Shown here: positions 41,178 to 50,458 of the stretch, piece by piece | How the letters are laid out: every line of letters begins with the position of its first letter | How positions within the stretch are numbered: position 1 is the first letter of the stretch | NCBI GenBank assembly: GCA_028717805.1 | Contig: JAQUNC010000003.1 | Coordinates: forward strand, 28,924 to 92,923 | DNA from: Atribacterota bacterium | Lineage (GTDB): Bacteria; Atribacterota; Phoenicimicrobiia; Phoenicimicrobiales; Stramentimicrobiaceae | Reading direction: 5' to 3' | DNA length: 64,000 nucleotides | Program-made: the position numbers and the translations under genes | Notes under the pieces: generated by a model | Database searches by the model: none | Told to the model about the DNA's origin: nothing | The model's input: the letters and a program-made list of their open reading frames with translations, nothing else

Positions 41178-41808
41178 CTATTTTCACTTCCTCCTCATTA
41201 ACTTCCCTCTTAATAGATAATAATTCTAAAATCTCTATGCTAGTTGCTTCCATTTCTTTTATCTGTCTATCTACTCTATTTATCAGATAATTATAAGCAA
41301 CGATAGTAGGAATAGCCACTGAAAGTCCAAAAGCTGTAGTTAATAAAGCCTCTGAAATTGCTCCAGCTAGAGCTTCGGGATTCCCAACACCCATTGATGA
41401 AATTACCTGGAATCCTTTTATCATACCAAATACGGTACCCAACAAACCTAACAGAGGAGCAATATTTCCTACAGTAGCCAGTACCGGTAAGTTTTTTTCT
41501 AGAATTGATATTTCCTGATTAGCAGTATCTTCAATTGTTTCTTTTATCTCTCCCCTTGAGCTACCATATTTCAATAAAGCTGATAAAATTATTTGTGATA
41601 TGGGTGAATAGTTTTTACGACAGGCAGTAATTGCAAAATTAATATTTCCTTTTCTAATCAAATCGCTGATACGACTACTAAATTTTCTGGTAGAAGTTTT
41701 AATACTTTTTAAATAAAACATCCTCTCAAAGAAAATTGCAATGGCTAGCAAGGAACAGAAAAATATGGGGTACATCAAAAAACCGCCTTTATTAAATAAT
41801 TCAAACAT
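41155..41808 (-). CDS. exbB: MotA/TolQ/ExbB proton-channel protein
   Basis: 217 aa, 3 TM, conserved C-terminal TM pair (LGLLGTVFGMI...AISEALLTTAFGL). GGAGGAGG SD. Confidence 0.85.
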   Translation of the reverse strand: MFELFNKGGFLMYPIFFCSLLAIAIFFERMFYLKSIKTSTRKFSSRISDLIRKGNINFAITACRKNYSPISQIILSALLKYGSSRGEIKETIEDTANQEISILEKNLPVLATVGNIAPLLGLLGTVFGMIKGFQVISSMGVGNPEALAGAISEALLTTAFGLSVAIPTIVAYNYLINRVDRQIKEMEATSIEILELLSIKREVNEEEVKIDEILSSQ

Positions 41809-41949
41809 TACTAAGTTGCCTCCTCCAAAGTTATAAAATATCTTTACCTTTCTGTTATATTATCAATATTATTAACATACTAATATAATAAGTTATAAAT
41901 CTATCTTGCTTACGCTTTCAGTATGGACAAATCTCTGCTTTTCTCCCGC

Positions 41950-44900
41950 TTATTCTAATTGTCTTTTTACACTATCAACATAAGAAGTATCCGAGCAATT
42001 TTTCATTATTATTTCATACCTTTCTTTCGCTTGAGACTGATATCCCAAGTCTTCCAGGCAAATTGAAGTTATATATAAAATGTCACAGACAAACACACCT
42101 GTAGGTATATTATCCAGGTATCTATCCCCAACGTGTAAAGCTTTCTCATATTCTCCTTTTTTAAAGTAACTCAAACAAAGACCATATAATGATCCAGGTA
42201 GATAATGGCTATCTGGAAATTGATCAATTAATTTTTCAAAATTTATAATACTATCTATCCATTTTTCTTCATCTAAATAAATTTGTGCTACAATATAAAG
42301 GGCTTCTTCGGCAAAATTACTCTCAGCATAGTCCATCATAAATTCCTGTAATGTCACTCTGGAATCATTATTATTATTAGCTAAAAAATATATCTTTCCT
42401 ATTAAAAAATTACTTTCTTCTGTAAACTGACTATCAGGAAAGTCTTGAACAAGATTACTAAATGATTCTATAGCCTTTGAGTAATCTTTTATATTTAAAT
42501 AACTCCAACTCACACTATATTTTGCATGTGCTGCCAAAGAATGTGAACTATAATATTTTAAAAAATCTTGATAATGTTGAATTGCCTCAGAATATTTTTC
42601 CTGTTTATAGCAGGTTTCGCCAACCATATACAGAGATCTTATGGCTATTTCGTCACCAGCAAAATGATCCACGCTCTGGAAATATTCTTCTGCTTTCAAG
42701 TAATTTTCTAAACGATAAAGACTGAGTCCTTGCCAATATATAATTTCTTGCCTCATCTTTGCCTGAGTAATCATACTTTCTATTTCTTGAAATAAATTAA
42801 GAGCTTCCTGGTACTCACCCTTTTCATATTTAGATTTGGCCATTGAAAAAAATCCCTCTATAGCTAGAGAACCATCTGGATATTGATTAGAAAATCCCCG
42901 GTAAAGATCAAGTAACTTTTCTTCATTATTCATCTTGCTTGCTGCATCAATTTTAAGTTCTAACGCTTCTTTACTGTCTAAATCATCTAAAATTGTTAGT
43001 ACCTCCTGATACTGACCTAAATGATAATAACTCTGAGCAAGTTCCAGGGAAACAATTTTGGATAATTCTCCATCACGAAACTGATTTAATGCTCTCTCAA
43101 AAAAAAGTATTGCTTTACTATCTTCTCCTTTTCTAGAATAAGCTAAACCTAAATCGAATAATAGCCTTTCCAACATATCAATATCCTTGGTCTTCTCTAT
43201 CAAAGAGCTATTAATATCTATCACCCTATCATATTCTTTTTGTTCTAACAGAACTCTCGCTAAAAGATATGATGTTTCATCTTTAATCTGACTTTCTTTT
43301 TTTACTAGTTCCTCTAATATTTTTCTAGCTTCTTGATAATTGCCCTCTCTAAATAATGCATAACTGTAATAATATCTGGTTTCATCTATTAATTCAAAAC
43401 TAGGTTTATTATTTATAATATCTGCAAAATAAACTTTGGCTCTATCGTAAATGCCTTCCCAGAAGTAGGATTGCCCTAAAATATATCTAATTTCAAATTT
43501 ATCAAACCCTACTAAAGAATCAACTACTAATAAATTTTCATAAAGATTGATGGTTGGAGTATATTTCTTTTGCTGAAAATATATCTTTCCTAACTTATAA
43601 ATCCCTTCTTGATAAAGTGTACTTCCAGAATAATTTTTTACCAATAATTCCAGTGATATTTCTGCTTCTGCATAATCTCCCAACAAATAACTACACCAAC
43701 CATTACCTAATAAAGCATTTTCATAATACATAGAATCGATATAATTATTTATTATGTATTTATAATGTTGATTTGCTTCGTTATATTTACCCAAGTTATA
43801 TAATGTTTCTGCTATAAGAAATCTAGCTTCTAAAAAATCTGGATTTACTTCCAGAACTTCATTCAATTTATCAAGTGCTATTTCATAATTACCTAAAGAA
43901 TAAAAATTATAAGCTAATTGATAGTATTCTTTTTCCCAATCAATATCGAAAACCTTATCTCCACCTATTCTTTCTCTTTCTGCCAGATATTCATCCATTT
44001 GGTTTAAATGATAATAAGTTCGCATCAAATAAATCCTAGTTTTCTCAAAATTTGGATTCTTTTGAGCAGATTCTTTAAACCGAAGTAATGCCTCTTCATA
44101 TTCACCAGAAATATAGTATTGATAACCCTGATTAAATGTCCAAACTGCTTCCCTACCAAATTCCCTTTCTTCTATTGCTTTATTTAGATATATTCTTGCA
44201 TTACTATCAAAGGGATCTAATCTGACGGCTTCTTCTAAATATCTAATCGAATTTATTATATCTCCAGCATGATAATAGCTTAATCCCAGAAAATAATGCG
44301 CTTCTTTAAACTCTTGATTAAGATTTATGGCTTTCGTTAATAGACTAATAGCATCAACCCATTTCTTATTGCTATAGGCATTATATCCAGTGACGTATAA
44401 TTCATATGTTTCCTTGCCATATATTTCAGCTTGTTGGTATTGTCTAAAAAACCATTCAATGTCTTGATTTCCTGTCTCAATTTTTTTTATTTCCTCTGCT
44501 TGTTCTAAAGCTTTAGATATTTGTCCAGTATCATAATAAAGCCGCATTAAAAATATTCTGGCTTTAACATTATTTGCTTGATAGAATATAGCATCTTCTG
44601 AATATTCTAGAGCAGAAGTAATATCATTTTGCTCATATTTAGAATACGCTAAGCGATAGAAAGCTTCTGATAACCTCTGATAACTTACTTTAATATTGGT
44701 ATTATTCTTAGCAGTTTCAATAAACTTCTCAAGACTAGTAATTTCTCGGAAAGTCCATTTGGTCCTTTCGTATATTTGAGATAATAGATAATAAGCTTCC
44801 GCAAAATATGGATCTTCTGAAACAGCTTTTTCACCATAATTCATTGCTTCTTTCCAGAAAGGTTTACTTGGAAAGTCTACACCTTGATATTCTGCTATAG

Positions 44901-45579
44901 CCTTATTTTTATATTCTATGGATTGATAGTAATTCCTTAATGCTATCAAAGATGAAGAAATATTTTTTTTCAGATTAATGTCCAATTCATCATCAATTAA
45001 TACCTTCGCTTCCTGTAAAATAGCTCTAGCAATATTTTCTTTTAAATAGAATAAATCTTCTGGTATTACTGTCATCTCTTTAAGCTCAAATAGTTCATCA
45101 AGCTGTGCCTGATACATAATTAAGTTGAAGCTAAGAAATTCTTTCTGTTTCAGGGAAAAAGATGCAGTAAATATCAGATCTGACTTCAATAAATTACTTA
45201 AAGAACGAAACAAATTTAAATCCCTTGTTTCTGCCAGTCTATGATAGGATTCATTATCTATATCTGTTAGTTTTTCAATTTCCTCTATAGGAACATGGTT
45301 AATTTTTTCTGATTGAGAGAAAGTTTGACATAACATATCAGGGAATCCCTTTTCTAACCACTCCCAATCATGACTACCCGTTAGGTTATTAAAATAATAT
45401 ACTGCAAATTTTTTACTTTCTAAAGCGATAGAAAATGTGTTAAAAATAGTACAAAAAAGAATTATTAACAAAATTAAATAAAATACATAGGGTATTAACA
45501 ATCTCTTACTTTTAACTATATCTTTCTGTGAATAATCATATTTCTCGTATAGGTTTATATAAAACATCCTTACCTTCAC
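41950..45579 (-). CDS. 1209-aa membrane-anchored protein consisting almost entirely of TPR repeats
   Basis: N-terminal TM (LLIPYVFYLILLIILFCTIF), then >20 TPR-like units (AEAYYLLSQIYERT, EAHYFLGLSYYHAGD, etc.). Directly upstream of exbB, separated by 141 nt. Confidence 0.75.
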   Translation of the reverse strand: MKVRMFYINLYEKYDYSQKDIVKSKRLLIPYVFYLILLIILFCTIFNTFSIALESKKFAVYYFNNLTGSHDWEWLEKGFPDMLCQTFSQSEKINHVPIEEIEKLTDIDNESYHRLAETRDLNLFRSLSNLLKSDLIFTASFSLKQKEFLSFNLIMYQAQLDELFELKEMTVIPEDLFYLKENIARAILQEAKVLIDDELDINLKKNISSSLIALRNYYQSIEYKNKAIAEYQGVDFPSKPFWKEAMNYGEKAVSEDPYFAEAYYLLSQIYERTKWTFREITSLEKFIETAKNNTNIKVSYQRLSEAFYRLAYSKYEQNDITSALEYSEDAIFYQANNVKARIFLMRLYYDTGQISKALEQAEEIKKIETGNQDIEWFFRQYQQAEIYGKETYELYVTGYNAYSNKKWVDAISLLTKAINLNQEFKEAHYFLGLSYYHAGDIINSIRYLEEAVRLDPFDSNARIYLNKAIEEREFGREAVWTFNQGYQYYISGEYEEALLRFKESAQKNPNFEKTRIYLMRTYYHLNQMDEYLAERERIGGDKVFDIDWEKEYYQLAYNFYSLGNYEIALDKLNEVLEVNPDFLEARFLIAETLYNLGKYNEANQHYKYIINNYIDSMYYENALLGNGWCSYLLGDYAEAEISLELLVKNYSGSTLYQEGIYKLGKIYFQQKKYTPTINLYENLLVVDSLVGFDKFEIRYILGQSYFWEGIYDRAKVYFADIINNKPSFELIDETRYYYSYALFREGNYQEARKILEELVKKESQIKDETSYLLARVLLEQKEYDRVIDINSSLIEKTKDIDMLERLLFDLGLAYSRKGEDSKAILFFERALNQFRDGELSKIVSLELAQSYYHLGQYQEVLTILDDLDSKEALELKIDAASKMNNEEKLLDLYRGFSNQYPDGSLAIEGFFSMAKSKYEKGEYQEALNLFQEIESMITQAKMRQEIIYWQGLSLYRLENYLKAEEYFQSVDHFAGDEIAIRSLYMVGETCYKQEKYSEAIQHYQDFLKYYSSHSLAAHAKYSVSWSYLNIKDYSKAIESFSNLVQDFPDSQFTEESNFLIGKIYFLANNNNDSRVTLQEFMMDYAESNFAEEALYIVAQIYLDEEKWIDSIINFEKLIDQFPDSHYLPGSLYGLCLSYFKKGEYEKALHVGDRYLDNIPTGVFVCDILYITSICLEDLGYQSQAKERYEIIMKNCSDTSYVDSVKRQLE

Positions 45580-45765
45580 TGATCAAATAATAAAATGGAA
45601 CCATTATTTCTAAATTATTAATTATAATATAATTATGATAAGTAACTTTGAGAATCTTTATCCAACCATTCCATTGCTAATTTCTAGATTTTACTTTTTC
45701 ATATTTTAAAAAATCTTTTTTACTGATTTACCATTTTTCTTGTTTTACATAATATCATAACTTGC

Positions 45766-47043
45766 CTAAGAAAAAAAGTAAAATTCCTTTTCGCCAATTC
45801 TTACTATGTCTCCATCTCGAGCCCCTTTTTGTTTAAGTACTTTCTCAATTCCCAAACCTTTTAATTTCTCCTGCAAATATTTTAATGCCTGAGGATTAGC
45901 TAGATCATACTGATAAACTAATTTACTTATTTTTTCTCCTTCTATCACAAACTGCTTCCCTTCTCTCCTGATAATAAAGGCGGGCTTATACCTATAATGA
46001 GCAATCTTGTTTTGTGGATGAAAAACAGGTGTTAACTCCTTTTTTTCAACAAGATTAATGTTTTTAAATATTTGATAAATCAATTCTTGAACACCTTTAC
46101 CAGTAACAGCTGAAATAAAAAATATATTTTTACTCTTTTTAGAAAAAATATTTCTTATCTCTTCTATCCTTTTTTCCACTTCTGGTAAGTCACATTTATT
46201 AATTACAATTAATTCTTTTTTATTTTTCAAGCTTTGTGAAAACTGCTTCAATTCATTCTTTACGGTAGTATAATCTTCCATAATGTTTTTTTCAGATATT
46301 TTTGATCCATCAATCATATGAACAAGAACTTTAGTTCTTTCAATATGCTTTAAAAAGCGAATCCCCAATCCCGCTCCTTGATGAGCTCCCTCAATCAATC
46401 CCGGAATATCAGCAAGAATGAACTGGTTATAGCTATCAACATATACTATACCCAAATAAGGTTCAATGGTTGTAAAGGGGTAATCTGCGATTTTAGGTTT
46501 AGCTGCAGATACTCTAGATAAGAGGGTTGATTTACCAACGTTAGGGAATCCTATTAAAGCAGCATCCGCAATTAATTTCAAGTTTAATTTAACAGTTTTT
46601 TCTTCTCCAAATTCTCCTTTCTGGGCAAACCTAGGTGATTGAATAATTGAATTTCTAAAACGATAATTACCTTTCCCCCCTGATCCGCCATAGGCAACAC
46701 AAACTCTTTCCCCAGGCTCAGATAAATCTGCAATAATATTATGATCTTTCATATTTTCCACAACAGTTCCCACCGGGACTCTTAAAATTAAATCCTTACC
46801 TTTTTTACCATTCTTTTTACGACCACTTCCTCCTTCCCCATTTTCTGCTTTGTGATGGGGATTCCTTTTATATTCAATTAAGGTTTTTATTTGTGAATCA
46901 ACTTGAATAAATACATTTCCTCCTCTTCCTCCATCACCACCATCAGGACCACCTCTTGGTATAAACCGTTCTCTTCGAAAACTGACGCAACCATCACCAC
47001 CCTTTCCAGCTTTAACATTTATTATTATTTCATCAATAAACAT
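45766..47043 (-). CDS. obg: GTPase Obg/CgtA
   Basis: 425 aa. MFIDEIIINVKAGKGGDGCVSFRRE Obg-fold N-terminus. G-domain GFPNVGKST, DIPGLIEGA, NKCD. Confidence 0.95.
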   Translation of the reverse strand: MFIDEIIINVKAGKGGDGCVSFRRERFIPRGGPDGGDGGRGGNVFIQVDSQIKTLIEYKRNPHHKAENGEGGSGRKKNGKKGKDLILRVPVGTVVENMKDHNIIADLSEPGERVCVAYGGSGGKGNYRFRNSIIQSPRFAQKGEFGEEKTVKLNLKLIADAALIGFPNVGKSTLLSRVSAAKPKIADYPFTTIEPYLGIVYVDSYNQFILADIPGLIEGAHQGAGLGIRFLKHIERTKVLVHMIDGSKISEKNIMEDYTTVKNELKQFSQSLKNKKELIVINKCDLPEVEKRIEEIRNIFSKKSKNIFFISAVTGKGVQELIYQIFKNINLVEKKELTPVFHPQNKIAHYRYKPAFIIRREGKQFVIEGEKISKLVYQYDLANPQALKYLQEKLKGLGIEKVLKQKGARDGDIVRIGEKEFYFFS

Positions 47044-47235
47044 AAATTTACCCTTTTTAGGTTATTTCGCTTTTTATATATACTTATATTAACCATAAAG
47101 CCTTGCCTAATTCAAAATTAGTTATAATCTTCAATAATCTTCTTAAATTATTACTAATTAGTATTATATTATTTTTTTCTCTAACATTTCTTCATTCTAT
47201 AAGTAAATTAATAGCTACTAAAAATTAATTAATAA

Positions 47236-47271
47236 AAAACCCCTGAGTTATGTTAAAACTCAGGGGTTTTT
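47236..47271. terminator. Bidirectional rho-independent terminator between rpmA and obg
   Basis: aaaa-cccctgagtt-atgttaa-aactcagggg-ttttt. A 10-bp GC-rich stem flanked by an A-run and a T-run, so it is functional on either strand. Confidence 0.75.
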
Positions 47272-47279
47272 ATAATGTG

Positions 47280-47546
47280 CTATGCTTCTGTGGCATAGGT
47301 CACAATAGTCACTTGTTTTCTCTTTTTTCCCGTAGTTCTGAAGGTAACATAACCATCAATAAGAGCAAATAATGTATCATCCTTTCCACGTCCGACATTC
47401 TTACCAGGGAGTATCCTGGTTCCTCTTTGTCTAACAATTATATTACCACTACGAACAAACTGTCCGTCATATCTTTTAACACCAAGTCGTTTGGAAATAC
47501 TATCACGACCATTTTTTGCTGATCCCTGTCCTTTTTTATGAGCCAT
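47280..47546 (-). CDS. rpmA: 50S ribosomal protein L27 (no Firmicute-type N-terminal propeptide)
   Basis: 88 aa [16 protein letters not shown]... It starts directly at the mature L27 N-terminus. No prp gene between rplU and rpmA (55-nt gap). Confidence 0.95.
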   Translation of the reverse strand: MAHKKGQGSAKNGRDSISKRLGVKRYDGQFVRSGNIIVRQRGTRILPGKNVGRGKDDTLFALIDGYVTFRTTGKKRKQVTIVTYATEA

Positions 47547-47601
47547 ATTACCTCACCTCATTTGCTCACTTTAATGAAACACTTATTTCTCATTTTATCC
47601 C

Positions 47602-47913
47602 TTAACCATTTATTTTTTCAATTTTTATTTCTGTAAATATTTGTCTATGGCCAATTTTTCTTTGATATTTTTTCTTTGGTTTATATTTTAATATTATTAT
47701 CTTTTTTGCTTTTCCATGTCTCAATACTTTTCCTTCAACAAAACCTTTCTCAATTAAGGGTACACCAAAATTATATTTACCATCTTTTTCCAGCATTAAT
47801 ATCTGTTCAAATTTTATATTTTCTCCTACTTCAGACTCCAATTTCTCAACTTTTATTATATCTCCCTCTTTAATTAGATATTGTTTCCCTCCCGTTGCAA
47901 TTATGGCATGCAT
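47602..47913 (-). CDS. rplU: 50S ribosomal protein L21. The start is the internal ATG at 47913, not the ORF-track start 47934.
   Basis: MHAIIATGGKQYLIKEGDIIKVEKL matches the L21 N-terminus. AGGAGGAG SD lies 9 nt upstream of that ATG, inside the 7-codon extension. Confidence 0.9.
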   Translation of the reverse strand: MHAIIATGGKQYLIKEGDIIKVEKLESEVGENIKFEQILMLEKDGKYNFGVPLIEKGFVEGKVLRHGKAKKIIILKYKPKKKYQRKIGHRQIFTEIKIEKING

Positions 47914-47998
47914 CTTTGTTAACTCCTCCTGCATAAATAAATCGCCTGAAAAGGTAGCTTCTGCTTTTTAACCTATCCAGTGCGTATGTAGCTTATAA

Positions 47999-48027
47999 AA
48001 TTTATCATATATGTCTTAACCTGTCAA
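47999..48027 (-). promoter_or_regulatory. Candidate sigma-A promoter for rplU-rpmA
   Basis: Minus strand TTGACA (48022-48027), 17 nt, TAAATT (47999-48004). About 85-nt leader to rplU. Confidence 0.35.
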
Positions 48028-48095
48028 CAGATTTTAAGATTTAATTCAAATAACTTTGTATATCCACATATATGATGTTAAATAAATATCCAATC

Positions 48096-49598
48096 TTATA
48101 ATACTTTTAAAATCTTTTTTATGTCTTTTGTTTTTCCAACAGCAATAACTTTAATTTTTTCAATATGAAGATCTGTTAGCGCTTTAATATAGATATTTTT
48201 TCTAAAATCTCGTTCTAACTGTTTTATTAATAACATCTTACCTGCAGAGAGTGCTTCTTCTACTTCAGGATTTACACCTAACAAAATTGCCTCTGCTTTA
48301 GAATTCTTACCTAAATCTTCCAGTTTATGTATTACTTGATTGCTCACTGTTTCAGGGGATAGAATACGTCCGCTTCCTGTACAATATGGGCAGGCTGTTC
48401 TTAGTAATGAATCCAGATCTCTTTTGGAACGCTTTCTGGTCATTTCAACTAATCCTAATTCAGTGGTTTGTACAATATTTGATTTTGTTCTATCTTTTTT
48501 TAATTCATTTTCTAACTTATTTATAACTTTTTCCTTGTCTTCCTTGTTATCCATATCAATAAAATCAATTACAATAATTCCACCGATATCTCTTAGCCTT
48601 AATTGTCTGGCAATTTCCTCAGCTGCCTGCAAATTTGTTTTTAAAATAGTATTACGCATTTTTTTGCCGCCTACATATTTCCCGGTATTTACATCAATTA
48701 CAGTCAAGGCTTCAACTTCATCAAAAACAAGATAACCACCGCATTTTAACCATATTTTTTTCTCTAATGCCTTATTGATTTCCTTTTCTATGTTATACAC
48801 CTCAAATATTGGTTTATCTCCATCATAATAAGAAACTCTTGGTTTTAACTCTAATAAAAAGAGTGTATCAAGATAATTAATTATTTTTTCATATTCTTGT
48901 TCAGAATTTACTACAAATTCATCAATCTCTTCTGTAAATAAATCTCTAATTACTCTATAAGTTAGGCTTAAGTCTTCATGAAGTAATAAAGGTGCTTTAA
49001 CTCTTCTACTTCTCTTTTGAATTTTATTCCATAAACGGACAAGAAAATCCATATCTGGTAACAGATCTTCTTCGCTTTTCCCAGCAGCAGCAGTTCTAAC
49101 AATAAAACCGTATTCATTTTTCTTGATTCGCTGAACAATTTTTTTCAGTCTTTCCCTTTCTTCCTCCTGTTCAATTCTTCTAGAAGCAGCTATGGAATTG
49201 TTATTCGGCATCAAAACAAGATAACGCCCTGGCAAGCTGATATTTGTAGTAACCTTTGCTCCTTTCGGTATAATCGCTTCTTTTACAACCTGAACATCAA
49301 TTTCCTGTCCCATTTTAATTAATTTGTTTATATCATTATCTTTGTCATTTTTACGACCAAATGATTGTATAACATCATTCAAATGCAAAAAAGCATTTCT
49401 ATCTATTCCTATATCAATAAAAGCGGCTTCTATACCTGGTAAAACATTCATCACCTTTCCTTTATATATATTTCCAATAATCTTTTTATCTTCCAATCTT
49501 TCAATGTATATTTCCACTAACTTATTATTTTCTAATATAGCAATCCGCTCCTCACCTAAACTGCTATCAATGATTACTTGCTTAGCTCTATACTCCAT
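48096..49598 (-). CDS. rng: Ribonuclease G/E family (Rne/Rng) catalytic-domain protein
   Basis: 500 aa. N-terminal S1 domain (IGNIYKGKVMNVLPGIEAAFIDIG), DNase-I-like block (GGIIVIDFIDM), Zn-link CPYCTGSG. Confidence 0.9.
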   Translation of the reverse strand: MEYRAKQVIIDSSLGEERIAILENNKLVEIYIERLEDKKIIGNIYKGKVMNVLPGIEAAFIDIGIDRNAFLHLNDVIQSFGRKNDKDNDINKLIKMGQEIDVQVVKEAIIPKGAKVTTNISLPGRYLVLMPNNNSIAASRRIEQEEERERLKKIVQRIKKNEYGFIVRTAAAGKSEEDLLPDMDFLVRLWNKIQKRSRRVKAPLLLHEDLSLTYRVIRDLFTEEIDEFVVNSEQEYEKIINYLDTLFLLELKPRVSYYDGDKPIFEVYNIEKEINKALEKKIWLKCGGYLVFDEVEALTVIDVNTGKYVGGKKMRNTILKTNLQAAEEIARQLRLRDIGGIIVIDFIDMDNKEDKEKVINKLENELKKDRTKSNIVQTTELGLVEMTRKRSKRDLDSLLRTACPYCTGSGRILSPETVSNQVIHKLEDLGKNSKAEAILLGVNPEVEEALSAGKMLLIKQLERDFRKNIYIKALTDLHIEKIKVIAVGKTKDIKKILKVL

Positions 49599-49743
49599 AA
49601 TTCAGGAGTCACCTTCCTCTTTAAAACTTTTTAAAATATAAAATTAATTAATAAATATTAATTAACCTTTATTCTCAACACTTAAAGTCCATTATAAATA
49701 AATTTTCTTTTAATTATGAATATAAATATTCATAATTGTACAA

Positions 49744-50427
49744 TTAATTAATAATAATTTTCTCACGAATAATTTTTTTAATCAAAAAATATTCCTTAAC
49801 ATCATCAATTAAACTGTTAATTATTAAATTGGGATTAATACATTCTCCTGATTTAATATTTTCTATTAAATTAATAATTATCCCATCATAACTGTTCGGT
49901 AGGATAGTCATTTTGTGGATATAAGGTCGTAAATCTATTTCTTTTAATCCTTTTTTTGTTTCTTTTATAGTTTTAATCTCACCTTTATTTAATATATATT
50001 TAACATTATAATCAATCTTATTCCGATAATATATTTTTCTATTTTCTTCCATATTATTAATTAATATTAAATAAATTAAATATGAGGCATACTTTAGTAA
50101 CTTACTTAATGGGATCCCCTTATTTAAAACCTGCTCAATTTCCAGTACTTGAAATCCAGATGGAGCAACTTTGTTAATTACATCTTTTAATTTTTCTTTC
50201 GTTAATAGTTTTGTTAATGTAATTTCCATAATTTCCTGCCATCCCTCTACACCAAGAGGTAAAGCTGGACCAAAGGAAACTTTAATCCTGGGATTATAGC
50301 CTTGTGTCAATTCCACTGGCATTTTTGCTCTCAACAATATCCTTCTCACTAATAAATTTAAATCAAGATGAGAAATAAATTTCAAAGGTCCATTCTTTCT
50401 GTATTTTATCCGATACAGGTATGACAT
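49744..50427 (-). CDS. DUF2344 / TIGR03936-type radical-SAM-linked protein
   Basis: 227 aa partner ORF immediately downstream of the radical SAM gene. This pair typically precedes rng-rplU in Clostridia-like genomes. Confidence 0.7.
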   Translation of the reverse strand: MSYLYRIKYRKNGPLKFISHLDLNLLVRRILLRAKMPVELTQGYNPRIKVSFGPALPLGVEGWQEIMEITLTKLLTKEKLKDVINKVAPSGFQVLEIEQVLNKGIPLSKLLKYASYLIYLILINNMEENRKIYYRNKIDYNVKYILNKGEIKTIKETKKGLKEIDLRPYIHKMTILPNSYDGIIINLIENIKSGECINPNLIINSLIDDVKEYFLIKKIIREKIIIN

Positions 50428-50458
50428 AGAATCTCACATTTCTTTACAGCTTAAATTA

